DNA of 64,000 nucleotides from a virus, in IMG/VR virus record IMGVR_UViG_3300025853_009406, positions 1 through 64,000 of that record; one strand, given 5' to 3'. Below, in pieces: positions 19,601 to 29,956 of this stretch; the stretch's first letter is position 1; every line of letters starts with the position of its first letter. Both the position numbers and the translations under genes were made by a program. Under the pieces are notes generated by a model that ran no database searches, was not told the origin of the DNA, and was given only the letters and a program-made list of their open reading frames with translations.

Positions 19601-22600
19601 TTACAGTATTGTCAGAAGATAGTGCAGAAATAATATAAATGTAACCTCTATTCAGACCACCATTTAATGTAGTATCATCCCAACTTGTAATCCAGTTTGA
19701 TTGATTGTTACCAAGATCATCAATATCGTTAACATAAACTACTGTAGGATTGGATCCATTGTTGAATCTAATCTCACCAGATGTTCCCGATGATGTTCCC
19801 GTACCAGCATAGGTATAAGGAACTCCACCACGGTTACCAATGTTTCCTTGTAGACCTTGGTTGCCCTGATTACCTTGGTTACCCTGGTTGCCCTGGTTTC
19901 CTTGATTACCTTGGCGTCCTTGGTTACCCTGTAGACCTTGGTTGCCCTGATTACCTTGGTTACCTTGATTACCTTGGCGTCCTTGGTTACCTTGGCGTCC
20001 TTGGTTACCCTGTAGACCTTGGTTGCCCTGGTTGCCCTGGTTACCTTGATTGCCCTGGTTGCCTTGATTACCTTGGCGTCCTTGGTTGCCCTGTAGACCT
20101 TGGTTTCCTTGGTTGCCCTGGTTTCCTTGGTTTCCTTGGTTGCCCTGGTTTCCTTGGTTACCTTGCAGACCCTGGACACCTTGAACACCAGATCTTGTGA
20201 ACGCTAAGGTAAGTTCTGTTCCATTTGAGGGAACAGTACCACTAATAGGATTGACTGGGATGGTCCAATATGTTCCATTATTTGTCGCAGTACCATCAAC
20301 TTCAAAGATATTAACCGTATTTGCATCAGATGAAGCGGAGATTAGATAGATATAACCCCTATTCAATCCGCCAGTTAATGCTGTATCATCCCAACTTGAA
20401 ATCCAGTTAGTTTGGTCATTACTTAACTGGTCAATATCATGAATTCTAAGTTGAGTAATAGAACTAAAAGTTGAACTGTTATAAGTGACTGTACCTGATC
20501 CAGGAACTCCTCCAGTCGATCCTTGGAAGTCATAAGGAACTCCACCACGGTTACCAATGTTTCCTTGCAGACCCTGAACACCTTGGTTACCTTGGTTTCC
20601 TTGGTTACCCTGGTTTCCTTGGTTACCCTGGTTTCCTTGGTTACCTTGAAGACCTTGGTTACCAACTGGTTGAATAACAACAAATACTCTGTCACCATCG
20701 GTAAATGTACCAGTCTGTGCAATCTTTGTGACAGTAAAGTATCTCCAAGTACCTTGATCATTTCTATAAGATTCAACGGAGAAGACAATATAATCTAAGT
20801 TATTTGCTTCTCTTTGAACTGTAATAACCGATCTTGGGCTGTTATTTGAATAGTCAATAGAAGAAAGAATACCCTGCACATCAGTAGTTTCAATATCAAT
20901 CTCACTGATTCTAAACTGTGTAAAGTTTGCTGTTGGTGCAGCGTTAAATCCAATATGACCATTTCCAGGATTAGTATTAGCCGTTGACGAGTTATATTCA
21001 AATACAGAACCTAGGGATCTTGCTGCAGAAATACCTTGTAAACCTTGGAGACCTTGGTTACCCTGATTACCCTGGTTGCCTTGGTTACCCTGGTTTCCTT
21101 GGTTACCCTGATTCCCTTGTAAACCCTGGTTGCCCTGGTTACCTTGGTTTCCTTGGTTACCCTGGTTTCCTTGGTTACCCTGATTCCCTTGTAAACCCTG
21201 GTTGCCCTGGTTACCTTGGTTGCCTTGATTACCTTGGCGTCCTTGGTTGCCCTGTAGACCTTGGTTTCCTTGGTTGCCCTGGTTGCCTTGATTTCCTTGG
21301 TTGCCTTGGTTACCCTGATTACCTTGATTGCCTTGTAGACCTTGTATTCCAGAAGCAACAAAGTTTACTGAAAGTTCTTCATTATTTGCTGGTAATGAAC
21401 CAGATACATGACTGACTGGAATCTTATAATATCCAGAAGCAACTGTTACTGCACCAGTAATCTGGAATACATCAACAGTTGTTTCATTACTATCAGATGA
21501 TGTTAGATATAAGTAACCTCTAACAAGACCTGGGTTGACCTGAGTATCATCCCAAGTGTTATACCATCCTGTCTGATTGTTTCCTAAACCATCTAGGTTA
21601 TCGATAAAGATCTGTGTTACAGATCCAATAGTGCCATTATTATATCTTATAGTTCCATTTCCAGGATCAAAATCTCCAGTTGCTGTAGAGAAGACATATG
21701 GAGTTCCACCGCGACTACCATAGTTACCTTGTAGACCTTGGTTACCCTGGTTTCCTTGGTTGCCTTGGTTTCCTTGCAGACCTTGGTTACCTTGATTACC
21801 TTGATTACCCTGGTTGCCTTGATTACCTTGTAGACCTTGATTACCCTGGTTACCCTGGTTTCCTTGGCGTCCTTGGTTGCCCTGTAAACCTTGAAGACCT
21901 TGAAGACCCTGGTTTCCTTGATTACCCTGGTTTCCTTGGTTTCCTTGGTTTCCTTGGTTACCTTGTAGACCCTGTAGACCTTGGTTTCCCTGGGGTTGAA
22001 TGCTAAAGAAACAATCTTCAAGGTTATTAAATGTTCCGTTAGAGATTAAAATCTCAACAGTATATTGTCTCCAAGTACCTTGATCAATTCTATCTGATTT
22101 AATAACACCAACAACATAAACAGATGCATCTCCAATCTTTTGGATTGCAAAGGTAGATTTAAGTTCATTGTCGGAATAATCTAATAGATTTAATACTGCA
22201 CTTTGATCTACTCCAACAGTATCAAACTCACTGATCGCAAGAGTAGTTGCACTTGTAAATGTAGTATTATTTAATCTAAAATTTCCACTACCAGGATTTG
22301 CGATTGTTGTATTATTGCTGTATCTTACGTTACTTCCTAACGTTCTTGCTGCAGCAACACCCTGCAATCCTTGTAGACCTTGGTTTCCTTGGTTGCCCTG
22401 GTTGCCTTGATTGCCCTGGTTGCCTTGGTTGCCTTGGTTACCTTGCAGACCTTGGTTACCCTGGTTGCCTTGATTTCCTTGATTTCCTTGGTTACCTTGC
22501 AGACCTTGGTTACCCTGGTTGCCCTGGTTACCTTGATTTCCTTGGTTGCCTTGGTTACCTTGGTTACCTTGTAGACCTTGGTTGCCTTGATTGCCTTGTA

Positions 22601-25600
22601 GACCTTGGTTACCCTGGTTGCCCTGGTTACCTTGATTTCCTTGGTTGCCTTGTAGACCTTGGTTGCCTTGGTTGCCTTGATTACCCTGGTTTCCTTGGTT
22701 ACCTTGTAGACCTTGGTTGCCTTGGAGACCCTGAACACCCTGAATGCCTGTCTTAGTGAAGAAAACAGTTACCTCTTGTCCATTTGAAGGCAGAGTACCT
22801 GTCAGATAGTTGACAGGGATAGTGTGATAAGTGGTATTATCTGTTACTGCACCATCTACTTCAAATACTGCACTGACATTAGTTGATGAATCTGCAGAAG
22901 TAATATAAATGAATCCTCTATTGAGGCCAGGGTCCATTGTTGTATCATCCCAAGTTTCATACCATGCAGTCTGATCAATACCAAACTCATCAGTATCATC
23001 AAAATACATGCTTGTGACACTTGCAATACTTGAAGCATTAAATCTAAGTCTTCCTTGACCACCAGATCCAGCAGTGGTAGTGGTATCAAAGAGATAAGGA
23101 ATACCACCACGATCTCCAAGCATACCTTGTAGACCCTGTAGACCTTGGTTACCTTGGTTTCCTTGATTACCCTGGTTGCCCTGGTTGCCTTGGTTGCCTT
23201 GATTACCTTGTAGACCTTGGTTACCTTGATTGCCCTGATTACCTTGATTGCCCTGGTTTCCTTGGTTGCCCTGGTTTCCTTGCAGACCTTGATTGCCTTG
23301 ATTTCCTTGGTTTCCTTGGCGTCCTTGGTTGCCTTGTAGACCTTGAAGACCTTGAAGACCTTGGAGACCTTGGTTACCCTGATTACCTTGGTTTCCCTGG
23401 TTTCCTTGGTTTCCTTGATTACCCTGATTACCTTGTAAACCTTGGCGTCCTTGGTTACCCTGTAGACCTTGATTGCCCTGGTTACCTTGATTGCCCTGGT
23501 TTCCTTGGTTACCTTGATTTCCTTGGTTACCCTGTAGACCTTGATTACCTTGGTTACCTTGGTTGCCCTGGTTTCCTTGATTGCCCTGGTTACCTTGGTT
23601 TCCTTGGTTACCCTGAACACCCTGAACACCTGTTTTGGTGAAGAATATAGTTAACTCTTGATTATTTGTTGGTAGAACACCTGTCAAATAAGTAACTGGA
23701 ACTGTATAATATGCTCCATTATCAACTACAGAATCATCTACAAAAAATACGGCAGATACATTAGATGATGCATCAGCAGAAGTTATATAAACGTAACCTC
23801 TATTAAGACCTGAGTTAACAATCGTATCGTCCCAAGTGTCATACCAAGCAGTTTGATCTACACCAAATAAGTCGGTATCATCAATATAAAGTTGAGTTAC
23901 TGATCCAATAGTAGAGTTGTTGAATCTAAGTCTTCCTTGACCACCAGAATTTGCTGTAGTTGTTGTGTCAAAGAGATAAGGAATACCACCACGATCTCCA
24001 AGCATACCCTGGTTACCCTGGTTTCCTTGGTTACCCTGGTTTCCTTGGTTACCTTGCAGACCCTGGTTGCCTTGATTACCTTGATTACCCTGGTTACCTT
24101 GATTGCCCTGGTTTCCTTGATTGCCTTGTAGACCTTGGTTACCCTGGTTTCCTTGGTTGCCCTGGTTGCCTTGATTTCCCTGTAGACCTTGATTGCCTTG
24201 ATTACCCTGGTTTCCTTGGTTGCCCTGGTTGCCTTGATTTCCCTGTAGACCTTGATTGCCTTGATTACCCTGGTTTCCTTGGTTACCTTGATTTCCTTGG
24301 TTGCCCTGGTTACCTTGTAAACCTTGTAGTCCTTGATTGCCCTGGTTTCCTTGGTTACCTTGATTTCCTTGGTTGCCCTGGTTACCTTGGTTACCTTGTA
24401 AACCTTGGAGACCTTGGTTTCCTTGGTTGCCCTGGTTTCCTTGGTTGCCTTGAGTACCTTGAATACCTGCTAAACCAAAACTAATAAAGATCTCATCATT
24501 ATTACTAAATCCAGATCCAACTGAAACAGAATCAGTTAAATCTAAAGTACTCCATCCATTAACACCAGCAGACTCTAGAGTAACTCCACCAAGTCTAAAA
24601 ATATAGAAGTTATTTGAATTTGTTTGGGACTGGATTTTAATAAATCCTTTGTTACCTGGTGATCCATATGCATTAACAAAACTATAAAAGTCACTTAAAT
24701 CTGAACCATTTTGATCTGCGTGGTCCAGATACATTTCTGTAGAGTTTTCAATAGTAGTATTATCAAATCTAAAGTATCCGCTTCCAGGATCTCCTGATGT
24801 AGTGCTTGTTGAATAGAAGTATTCAAAAGTATCTCCAGAACTTACACCATCTGGACCCTGAAGACCCTGTAAACCTTGAAGACCTTGGACACCAGATCTT
24901 GTAAAGTTAAATACTAATTTTTCAGAGTTGGTTGGTAAAGATCCAGATACATATGCAACAGGAACTCTGTAATATCCAGTTTCTGCTGTAACTGCTCCTA
25001 CAACATTAAAGACATTTACGTTGGTTCCAGTAACATCTGCAGATGTTATTACAAGATTACCACGACTTAAACCTGCATTTAGTTGAGTATCATCCCAAAC
25101 ATCATACCAAACGGTCTGATCATTACCTAAGTCATCTAAGTTATCAATATAAATTTCAGTTACAGATCCAATGGTTGCGTTGTTATATCTAAAGATACCA
25201 TTGCCAGGATCCGCATTAGTTGTAGTTGTAGAGAAGATATAGGGAACTCCACCACGGTTACCAATGTTTCCTTGTAGACCTTGTAATCCTTGATTGCCCT
25301 GATTACCTTGGTTACCTTGATTACCTTGGTTGCCTTGATTACCTTGGAGACCCTGGTTGCCCTGGTTACCTTGATTGCCCTGGTTGCCTTGATTACCTTG
25401 GCGTCCTTGGTTGCCCTGTAGACCTTGGTTTCCCTGGTTACCTTGGTTACCTTGGTTTCCTTGGTTGCCCTGTAAACCTTGGAGACCTTGTAATCCTTGA
25501 TTGCCCTGATTACCTTGGTTGCCCTGGTTTCCTTGGTTGCCCTGGTTTCCTTGCAGACCTTGATTGCCTTGATTTCCTTGGTTTCCTTGGTTACCCTGAT

Positions 25601-28600
25601 TACCTTGATTACCCTGAAGACCTTGTAAACCTTGTACACCTTGTGGACCAATCAGTGAGAATGATAAGAATACCGTATCATTTGCACTGAAGTTGCCAGA
25701 AGATGCATAGAATGATTCAATATCAAATGAGAACCATCCAGTAGCACCACCAGTTTGTAGTGTAGTATTACCAACAACAAACAGATGATACTGAGATGAA
25801 TCAACAGGATCTACAATCTTACATAGTGCCTGTCTTGTTGGAATGCCATATGCCGAAATATCAGCAAAGAAATCTGCTAGAGATGTTCCGCCTCCATCAC
25901 TATTTGAAACATACATCTCAGTAGCACTTGACTGAGTTGTAAAGTTATCAAATCTTAAGTTACCTGAACCTGGATTGGCAGATGCAGTTTGTGATGTAAA
26001 AGTATAAACATAAGTAGTTTCAGCATTTCTACCACTTAAACCTTGTAGACCTTGTAGACCTTGAGCACCACTCTGGGTAAAAAATGCTGTTAAATCTTGC
26101 CCGTTATTAGGTGCAGTACCAGTCAAATATTCAACAGGAACAGTATAATATGTTCCATTACTTGTCACTGCTCCATTGACGGAGAAGATCATACTAATAT
26201 TATTAACACTATCTGCAGAAGTTAGATAGATATAACCACGATTTTCTCCAACAGATACTTGGGTATCGTCCCAAGTATCATACCAAAGTGATTGATCAAT
26301 ACCGAATAAATCATTATCATTAAAATATAGAGCAGTAATATTTGATGGATTACTATTATTAAATCTTAAGTCTCCGTCTGATGTTGTACCAGCAGTAGTC
26401 GAAGTGTCAAAGTTATAAGGAATACCACCACGATCTCCAAGCATACCTTGCAAACCTTGGAGACCTTGGTTGCCCTGGTTTCCTTGATTACCTTGGTTGC
26501 CCTGGTTACCTTGGTTTCCTTGGTTACCTTGGAGTCCTTGTAATCCCTGGTTGCCTTGATTACCCTGATTACCTTGGTTACCCTGGTTACCCTGATTACC
26601 TTGAGTGCCTTGGTTACCTTGGAGTCCTTGTAATCCCTGGTTACCCTGATTACCTTGGTTACCCTGATTACCTTGGTTACCTTGGAGTCCTTGATTACCT
26701 TGGTTGCCCTGAACACCTTGAGTACCACTCTTAGTGAATAGAACTGTTATTTCTTGACCATTTGAGGGAATATCTCCACTTACATAAGTAACAGGTACAG
26801 TCCAGTAGGTAGTATTATCAGTTACAGCACCATCAACATAGAATATTGAGGTTACATTACCACCAGAATCTGCTGATGTTACATAAATATAACCACGATT
26901 TAAACCACTATTAAGAATAGTGTCATCAAAAGTATCATACCAACCAGTTTGATCTGATCCAAATGAATCAGTATCATCAAAATAGATTTCTGTAATGCTT
27001 GCAGCAGTTGCATTATTGTATCTTAGTGACCCTTGTCCGCTAGTACCTGCTGCGGTAGTAGAATCAAAGTCATAACGAACACCGCCACGATCTCCAAGCT
27101 TACCTTGCAAACCTTGGAGACCTTGATTGCCTTGATTTCCTTGGTTACCTTGGAGACCTTGGTTACCTTGATTACCCTGGTTGCCTTGGTTTCCTTGATT
27201 TCCCTGGAGACCTTGATTACCCTGGTTACCTTGGTTACCTTGGTTACCCTGGTTGCCTTGGTTACCTTGGTTACCTTGAACACCTTGAATACCTGTTCTG
27301 GTATGGAACAGGGTTAAGATGTCTCCATTAGATGGTAAAGTACCAGTTACATACTCTACAGCAATCTTATAATATCCAGATGCTACTTGATTAGCACCAT
27401 TAATTCTAAAAATATTTACTGTAGTTCCAGATAAAATATCTGCAGAGATAAAGTATAAGTATCCCCTATCTGGATTCTCAGTATCATCCCAAACATCATA
27501 CCAGTTAGTTTGGTTGTTACCTAAATCATCTTCATTATCAATATAGATTTCTGTTACTGCGCTGATTGAAGAGTTGTTATATGCAAAGTTTCCTAATCCT
27601 GGATCAGCATCGGTAGTTGATGAAACATACTGGAATCTAATACCACCACGGTCACCAATACCACCTTGCAGACCTTGAAGACCCTGAGAACCTACACCTT
27701 GGAGACCTTGGTTGCCCTGGTTGCCCTGGTTGCCTTGGTTACCTTGTAAACCTTGATCTCCAACACCCTGTAGACCTTGATTACCCTGTAAACCTTGGAG
27801 ACCTTGATTGCCTTGATTACCCTGGTTACCTTGGTTTCCTTGGCGTCCTTGGTTACCCTGTAGTCCCTGGTTACCTTGGTTACCTTGATTACCTTGATTA
27901 CCTTGATTACCTTGGCGTCCTTGATTACCTTGATTTCCCTGACGACCTTGTGTTCCCTGAACACCCTGAATAGATACATCAGTGATAGTTGCTTTCTTTA
28001 AGTTACCAGCACTCGTATCATATAAGAGTAAATAATCAGATCCTTGAATGTCACCAGTTAACTGAGGCCTATCAAAAATAAGATTTGGATTGACATTTCT
28101 TAGATTAGAATCAGTGACTCCAGTTCCAAGAGAGGTTGAATCTACTACAACATTACCGCCAATCTTATAAGCTTCTGTAGCAGGAATATTTACATTTGCA
28201 TTGATACCAATAGATTCGGTTGCATATTCCCAGACAATAGTTTTCTCAATACTGGTTGAACCGATACCAATACCAGCGCCATCAAGTAAAACTTCACTAC
28301 TAACACTTTTTGCAATAGCAACTTTGAAGTCGGGAATATCAAGTGTACCACTACTAATTGTAATAGTTTCACCGTCAACAACTAGGTTACCCTTAATCCT
28401 AACAAGACCTGTATTATCACCAACTCCTGCTGGGTCAATAAGAATAGTTCCTGGACCAGTAATAGAGTTACTGGTAACTATGATTGCTTGTCCCTCTTCA
28501 CCTAACTCAAGAGAAGATGCACTGACAATACCTGCAACATATAAGTCTTGATTATTAAAGAATCTTAGGTTATCATTACCTACAGGTAGATTAGAAGCAT

Positions 28601-29936
28601 TTTTGTATATGATTTGATCAACATCACCTTCTACTGGACCTGCAACACCTTGCAAACCCTGTAGACCTTGTAAACCTTGGTTACCTTGTAGACCCTGTAA
28701 ACCCTGGTTGCCTTGTAAACCTTGTAAACCTTGGTTACCTTGTAGACCCTGCATACCTTGCAGGGCAGCACTTAAGATAGTATCTTTCTTAAGTTGACCA
28801 TCATCCTGATCATAAAATAAGATATAATCTTCAGGAGCTGCTTGTGTTTGTATTCTATCTGAGATTGCACCTGGGTTAAAACTAGTTAAGTTTGATGCTG
28901 TAACACCAGATCCTAGTGTTGTAGCACTAAGAACTTCGTCGATATCAACATAATATTTTCCTCCGGCGGATGATACTCCTATATTTGCATTTGACTGCCA
29001 TGCATCAATATCATATTCATAAAGAAGAGCTCTTCTGATGCTTGTTGAACCAATACCAATAAAATTACCATCAAGATTCTGTAGATCAGTTTCCCTAGCA
29101 TTAAAGATAATAGATTCAGTAGTTAAAATAACGTCATCATTAAAGAAACTAATGCCATCACTGTTAAATCCAATAGGTGTTCCTTTAATAGACAAGTCAC
29201 CTTCAATATATACCAAACCATCTGAGAATGGTGCGATAGTAATAGAAGCAGGACCAGTAATCCTTGTTTGAGTAATACTTAGTGATGAAGTAGTATCAAA
29301 TCCAGTATAAAATGCATCTGCAGTTAGAATACCAGAAACTACGTTTTCAAATGATGGACTAGATCCAGAGGTAACTACACCAAAGTCGCCAATGTAGCGA
29401 TAGGCAACAATGTAAATATTACTTGAAGTTACTCCACTCGGAACAACTGATCCATTAAAGTTTAGGATGCCCGATGAATAATCAAAAAACCAAGTATCGT
29501 TTGATCCTGCACCAGCAGCAGATAGCTGCACCCCACCAGATGCAGGATCCCCTCTATAAACTTTAACAATGTAATCTGGACCAAAGCTAGGATCAATCCA
29601 GTTATTAACAGTACTTGAACTATTATTTCCGTATATTGATCTTGCAATAAATGCTCTATTACCACTAACAGTAGGGTCTACTGTCATTCTAAGGGCACTA
29701 CTAGTGCCATACACCTGTACAACAGGACCAGATGATGAAGGCGGTGTAGAAGGAATAAGACTAGATTCTGCCCAAATAGTATCTGCGCGTGTTACTATAG
29801 GGGAGGGTATAGCTTCTGCGAAAGGAGCTTTTTTAGTACCTGATAAAGTAGAATCCTCAGCTATACCAGTTTTGGATGCGGTATAACCTATCTTTTTTAA
29901 TAGAAAATCTAGCTTTTGTTCTTGAGATGCTGCCAC
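16689..29936 (-). CDS. Giant collagen-like fibre protein with C-terminal S74-type intramolecular chaperone
   Basis: GTG start; long (Gly-X-Gln)n tracts alternating with 15 ~120-130 aa globular repeats; C-terminal TSDIQLKENI...GVIAQELE...VNYSGL. Confidence 0.85.
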   Translation of the reverse strand: MAASQEQKLDFLLKKIGYTASKTGIAEDSTLSGTKKAPFAEAIPSPIVTRADTIWAESSLIPSTPPSSSGPVVQVYGTSSALRMTVDPTVSGNRAFIARSIYGNNSSSTVNNWIDPSFGPDYIVKVYRGDPASGGVQLSAAGAGSNDTWFFDYSSGILNFNGSVVPSGVTSSNIYIVAYRYIGDFGVVTSGSSPSFENVVSGILTADAFYTGFDTTSSLSITQTRITGPASITIAPFSDGLVYIEGDLSIKGTPIGFNSDGISFFNDDVILTTESIIFNARETDLQNLDGNFIGIGSTSIRRALLYEYDIDAWQSNANIGVSSAGGKYYVDIDEVLSATTLGSGVTASNLTSFNPGAISDRIQTQAAPEDYILFYDQDDGQLKKDTILSAALQGMQGLQGNQGLQGLQGNQGLQGLQGNQGLQGLQGLQGVAGPVEGDVDQIIYKNASNLPVGNDNLRFFNNQDLYVAGIVSASSLELGEEGQAIIVTSNSITGPGTILIDPAGVGDNTGLVRIKGNLVVDGETITISSGTLDIPDFKVAIAKSVSSEVLLDGAGIGIGSTSIEKTIVWEYATESIGINANVNIPATEAYKIGGNVVVDSTSLGTGVTDSNLRNVNPNLIFDRPQLTGDIQGSDYLLLYDTSAGNLKKATITDVSIQGVQGTQGRQGNQGNQGRQGNQGNQGNQGNQGNQGLQGNQGRQGNQGNQGNQGNQGLQGLQGNQGLQGVGDQGLQGNQGNQGNQGNQGLQGVGSQGLQGLQGGIGDRGGIRFQYVSSTTDADPGLGNFAYNNSSISAVTEIYIDNEDDLGNNQTNWYDVWDDTENPDRGYLYFISADILSGTTVNIFRINGANQVASGYYKIAVEYVTGTLPSNGDILTLFHTRTGIQGVQGNQGNQGNQGNQGNQGNQGNQGLQGNQGNQGNQGNQGNQGLQGNQGNQGNQGLQGLQGKLGDRGGVRYDFDSTTAAGTSGQGSLRYNNATAASITEIYFDDTDSFGSDQTGWYDTFDDTILNSGLNRGYIYVTSADSGGNVTSIFYVDGAVTDNTTYWTVPVTYVSGDIPSNGQEITVLFTKSGTQGVQGNQGNQGLQGNQGNQGNQGNQGNQGLQGLQGNQGTQGNQGNQGNQGNQGNQGNQGLQGLQGNQGNQGNQGNQGNQGNQGNQGLQGLQGMLGDRGGIPYNFDTSTTAGTTSDGDLRFNNSNPSNITALYFNDNDLFGIDQSLWYDTWDDTQVSVGENRGYIYLTSADSVNNISMIFSVNGAVTSNGTYYTVPVEYLTGTAPNNGQDLTAFFTQSGAQGLQGLQGLSGRNAETTYVYTFTSQTASANPGSGNLRFDNFTTQSSATEMYVSNSDGGGTSLADFFADISAYGIPTRQALCKIVDPVDSSQYHLFVVGNTTLQTGGATGWFSFDIESFYASSGNFSANDTVFLSFSLIGPQGVQGLQGLQGNQGNQGNQGNQGNQGNQGLQGNQGNQGNQGNQGNQGNQGLQGLQGLQGNQGNQGNQGNQGNQGLQGNQGRQGNQGNQGNQGNQGNQGLQGNQGNQGNQGNQGNQGNQGLQGLQGNIGNRGGVPYIFSTTTTNADPGNGIFRYNNATIGSVTEIYIDNLDDLGNDQTVWYDVWDDTQLNAGLSRGNLVITSADVTGTNVNVFNVVGAVTAETGYYRVPVAYVSGSLPTNSEKLVFNFTRSGVQGLQGLQGLQGPDGVSSGDTFEYFYSTSTTSGDPGSGYFRFDNTTIENSTEMYLDHADQNGSDLSDFYSFVNAYGSPGNKGFIKIQSQTNSNNFYIFRLGGVTLESAGVNGWSTLDLTDSVSVGSGFSNNDEIFISFGLAGIQGTQGNQGNQGNQGNQGLQGLQGNQGNQGNQGNQGNQGNQGNQGLQGLQGNQGNQGNQGNQGNQGNQGNQGLQGNQGNQGNQGNQGNQGNQGLQGNQGNQGNQGNQGNQGLQGNQGNQGNQGNQGNQGNQGNQGLQGNQGNQGNQGNQGNQGMLGDRGGIPYLFDTTTTANSGGQGRLRFNNSTIGSVTQLYIDDTDLFGVDQTAWYDTWDDTIVNSGLNRGYVYITSADASSNVSAVFFVDDSVVDNGAYYTVPVTYLTGVLPTNNQELTIFFTKTGVQGVQGNQGNQGNQGNQGNQGNQGNQGNQGLQGNQGNQGNQGNQGNQGNQGNQGLQGNQGRQGLQGNQGNQGNQGNQGNQGNQGNQGLQGLQGLQGLQGNQGRQGNQGNQGNQGLQGNQGNQGNQGNQGNQGNQGNQGLQGNQGNQGNQGNQGNQGNQGNQGLQGLQGMLGDRGGIPYLFDTTTTAGSGGQGRLRFNASSIASVTSMYFDDTDEFGIDQTAWYETWDDTTMDPGLNRGFIYITSADSSTNVSAVFEVDGAVTDNTTYHTIPVNYLTGTLPSNGQEVTVFFTKTGIQGVQGLQGNQGLQGNQGNQGNQGNQGNQGLQGNQGNQGNQGNQGNQGLQGNQGNQGLQGNQGNQGNQGNQGNQGNQGNQGLQGNQGNQGNQGNQGNQGLQGNQGNQGNQGNQGNQGNQGNQGLQGLQGVAAARTLGSNVRYSNNTTIANPGSGNFRLNNTTFTSATTLAISEFDTVGVDQSAVLNLLDYSDNELKSTFAIQKIGDASVYVVGVIKSDRIDQGTWRQYTVEILISNGTFNNLEDCFFSIQPQGNQGLQGLQGNQGNQGNQGNQGNQGNQGLQGLQGLQGNQGRQGNQGNQGNQGLQGNQGNQGNQGNQGNQGLQGNQGNQGNQGNQGLQGNYGSRGGTPYVFSTATGDFDPGNGTIRYNNGTIGSVTQIFIDNLDGLGNNQTGWYNTWDDTQVNPGLVRGYLYLTSSDSNETTVDVFQITGAVTVASGYYKIPVSHVSGSLPANNEELSVNFVASGIQGLQGNQGNQGNQGNQGNQGNQGNQGNQGLQGNQGRQGNQGNQGNQGNQGLQGNQGNQGNQGNQGNQGNQGNQGLQGNQGNQGNQGNQGNQGNQGNQGLQGLQGISAARSLGSVFEYNSSTANTNPGNGHIGFNAAPTANFTQFRISEIDIETTDVQGILSSIDYSNNSPRSVITVQREANNLDYIVFSVESYRNDQGTWRYFTVTKIAQTGTFTDGDRVFVVIQPVGNQGLQGNQGNQGNQGNQGNQGNQGNQGVQGLQGNIGNRGGVPYDFQGSTGGVPGSGTVTYNSSTFSSITQLRIHDIDQLSNDQTNWISSWDDTALTGGLNRGYIYLISASSDANTVNIFEVDGTATNNGTYWTIPVNPISGTVPSNGTELTLAFTRSGVQGVQGLQGNQGNQGNQGNQGNQGNQGNQGLQGNQGRQGNQGNQGNQGNQGNQGNQGLQGNQGRQGNQGRQGNQGNQGNQGNQGLQGNQGRQGNQGNQGNQGNQGNQGNQGLQGNIGNRGGVPYTYAGTGTSSGTSGEIRFNNGSNPTVVYVNDIDDLGNNQSNWITSWDDTTLNGGLNRGYIYIISALSSDNTVTILEVDGNITDNGSYYSIPVNYLSGSTPTASEEVTLTFTRSGVQGVQGLQGNQGNQGNQGNQGNQGNQGNQGLQGNQGNQGNQGNQGNQGNQGLQGNQGNQGLQGLQGNQGNQGNQGNQGNQGNQGLQGLQGNQGNQGNQGNQGNQGNQGNQGLQGNQGNQGNQGNQGNQGNQGLQGNQGNIGNRGGVPYTYSGTGAPSSGQIRYNNSTFASITAIQVHDIDQLSNDQSNWIASWDDTALTGGLNRGYIYVISALSSDNTVNIFEVDGSATNNGTYYTIPVNPISGSTPSVSEEVTLAFTRSGVQGLQGNQGNQGNQGLQGNQGNQGLQGNQGNQGNQGLQGNQGNQGLQGNQGNQGLQGNQGNQGNQGNQGNQGLQGNQGNQGNQGNQGNQGNQGLQGNQGNQGNQGNQGNQGNQGNIGNRGGVPYAYGGTGAPSSGQIRFNNATASSVTSITVNDIDALSNNQSGWIASWDDTTLTGGLNRGYIYIISALSSDNTVVIFEVDGNITDNGSYYTIPVNYLAGASPSVSEEVTLAFTRSGVQGLQGNQGNQGNQGNQGNQGNQGNQGNQGLQGNQGRQGNQGNQGNQGNQGNQGLQGNQGRQGNQGNQGNQGNQGNQGLQGNQGRQGNQGNQGNQGLQGNQGNQGRQGRQGNQGNQGTQGNQGNQGNQGLQGNQGRQGNQGNQGNQGRSNQGVQGNQGTQATQGNQGNQGRSNQGVQGNQGTQATQGNQGNQGNQGTQGTQATQGTQGRQGNQGNQGNQGNQGLQGRQGTQGTQATQGTQGLQGNQGLQGLSNQGVQGNQGLQGTQGVQGTQSSQGVQGKSGTEISITNDTTTNATRYPTFVNQTSGTVSTEYVSSTKLQFNPSTGQLSATDFNSTSDIQLKENISYLSNSIDKLEKISSIRFTWKDNGNVSYGVIAQELENIIPELVNNNGNNKTVNYSGLIPFLINALVEDHNYIKVLENRVSNLENK
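17130..28760 (-). repeat. 9-nt-unit tandem repeat tracts encoding GNQ/GLQ/GRQ/GTQ
   Basis: Recurrent GGTAACCAA/GGAAACCAA/GGTCTACAA units with synonymous variation. Confidence 0.95.
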
Positions 29937-29956
29937 AGATCTTACTTTCCCTTAAC

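Noticed and set aside
17123-27979. Many alternative-frame ORFs (KVTKVIK..., YLGYPG..., LVTLVT...) in the collagen gene
   Set aside because: Shadow frames produced by the 9-nt repeat lacking stops; no independent signals
17130-28760. Repeat tracts separated by unique segments as a possible CRISPR array or DGR
   Set aside because: Repeats are in-frame codon triplets with synonymous variation and the spacers are ~370-nt coding domains; no cas or reverse transcriptase genes in the window
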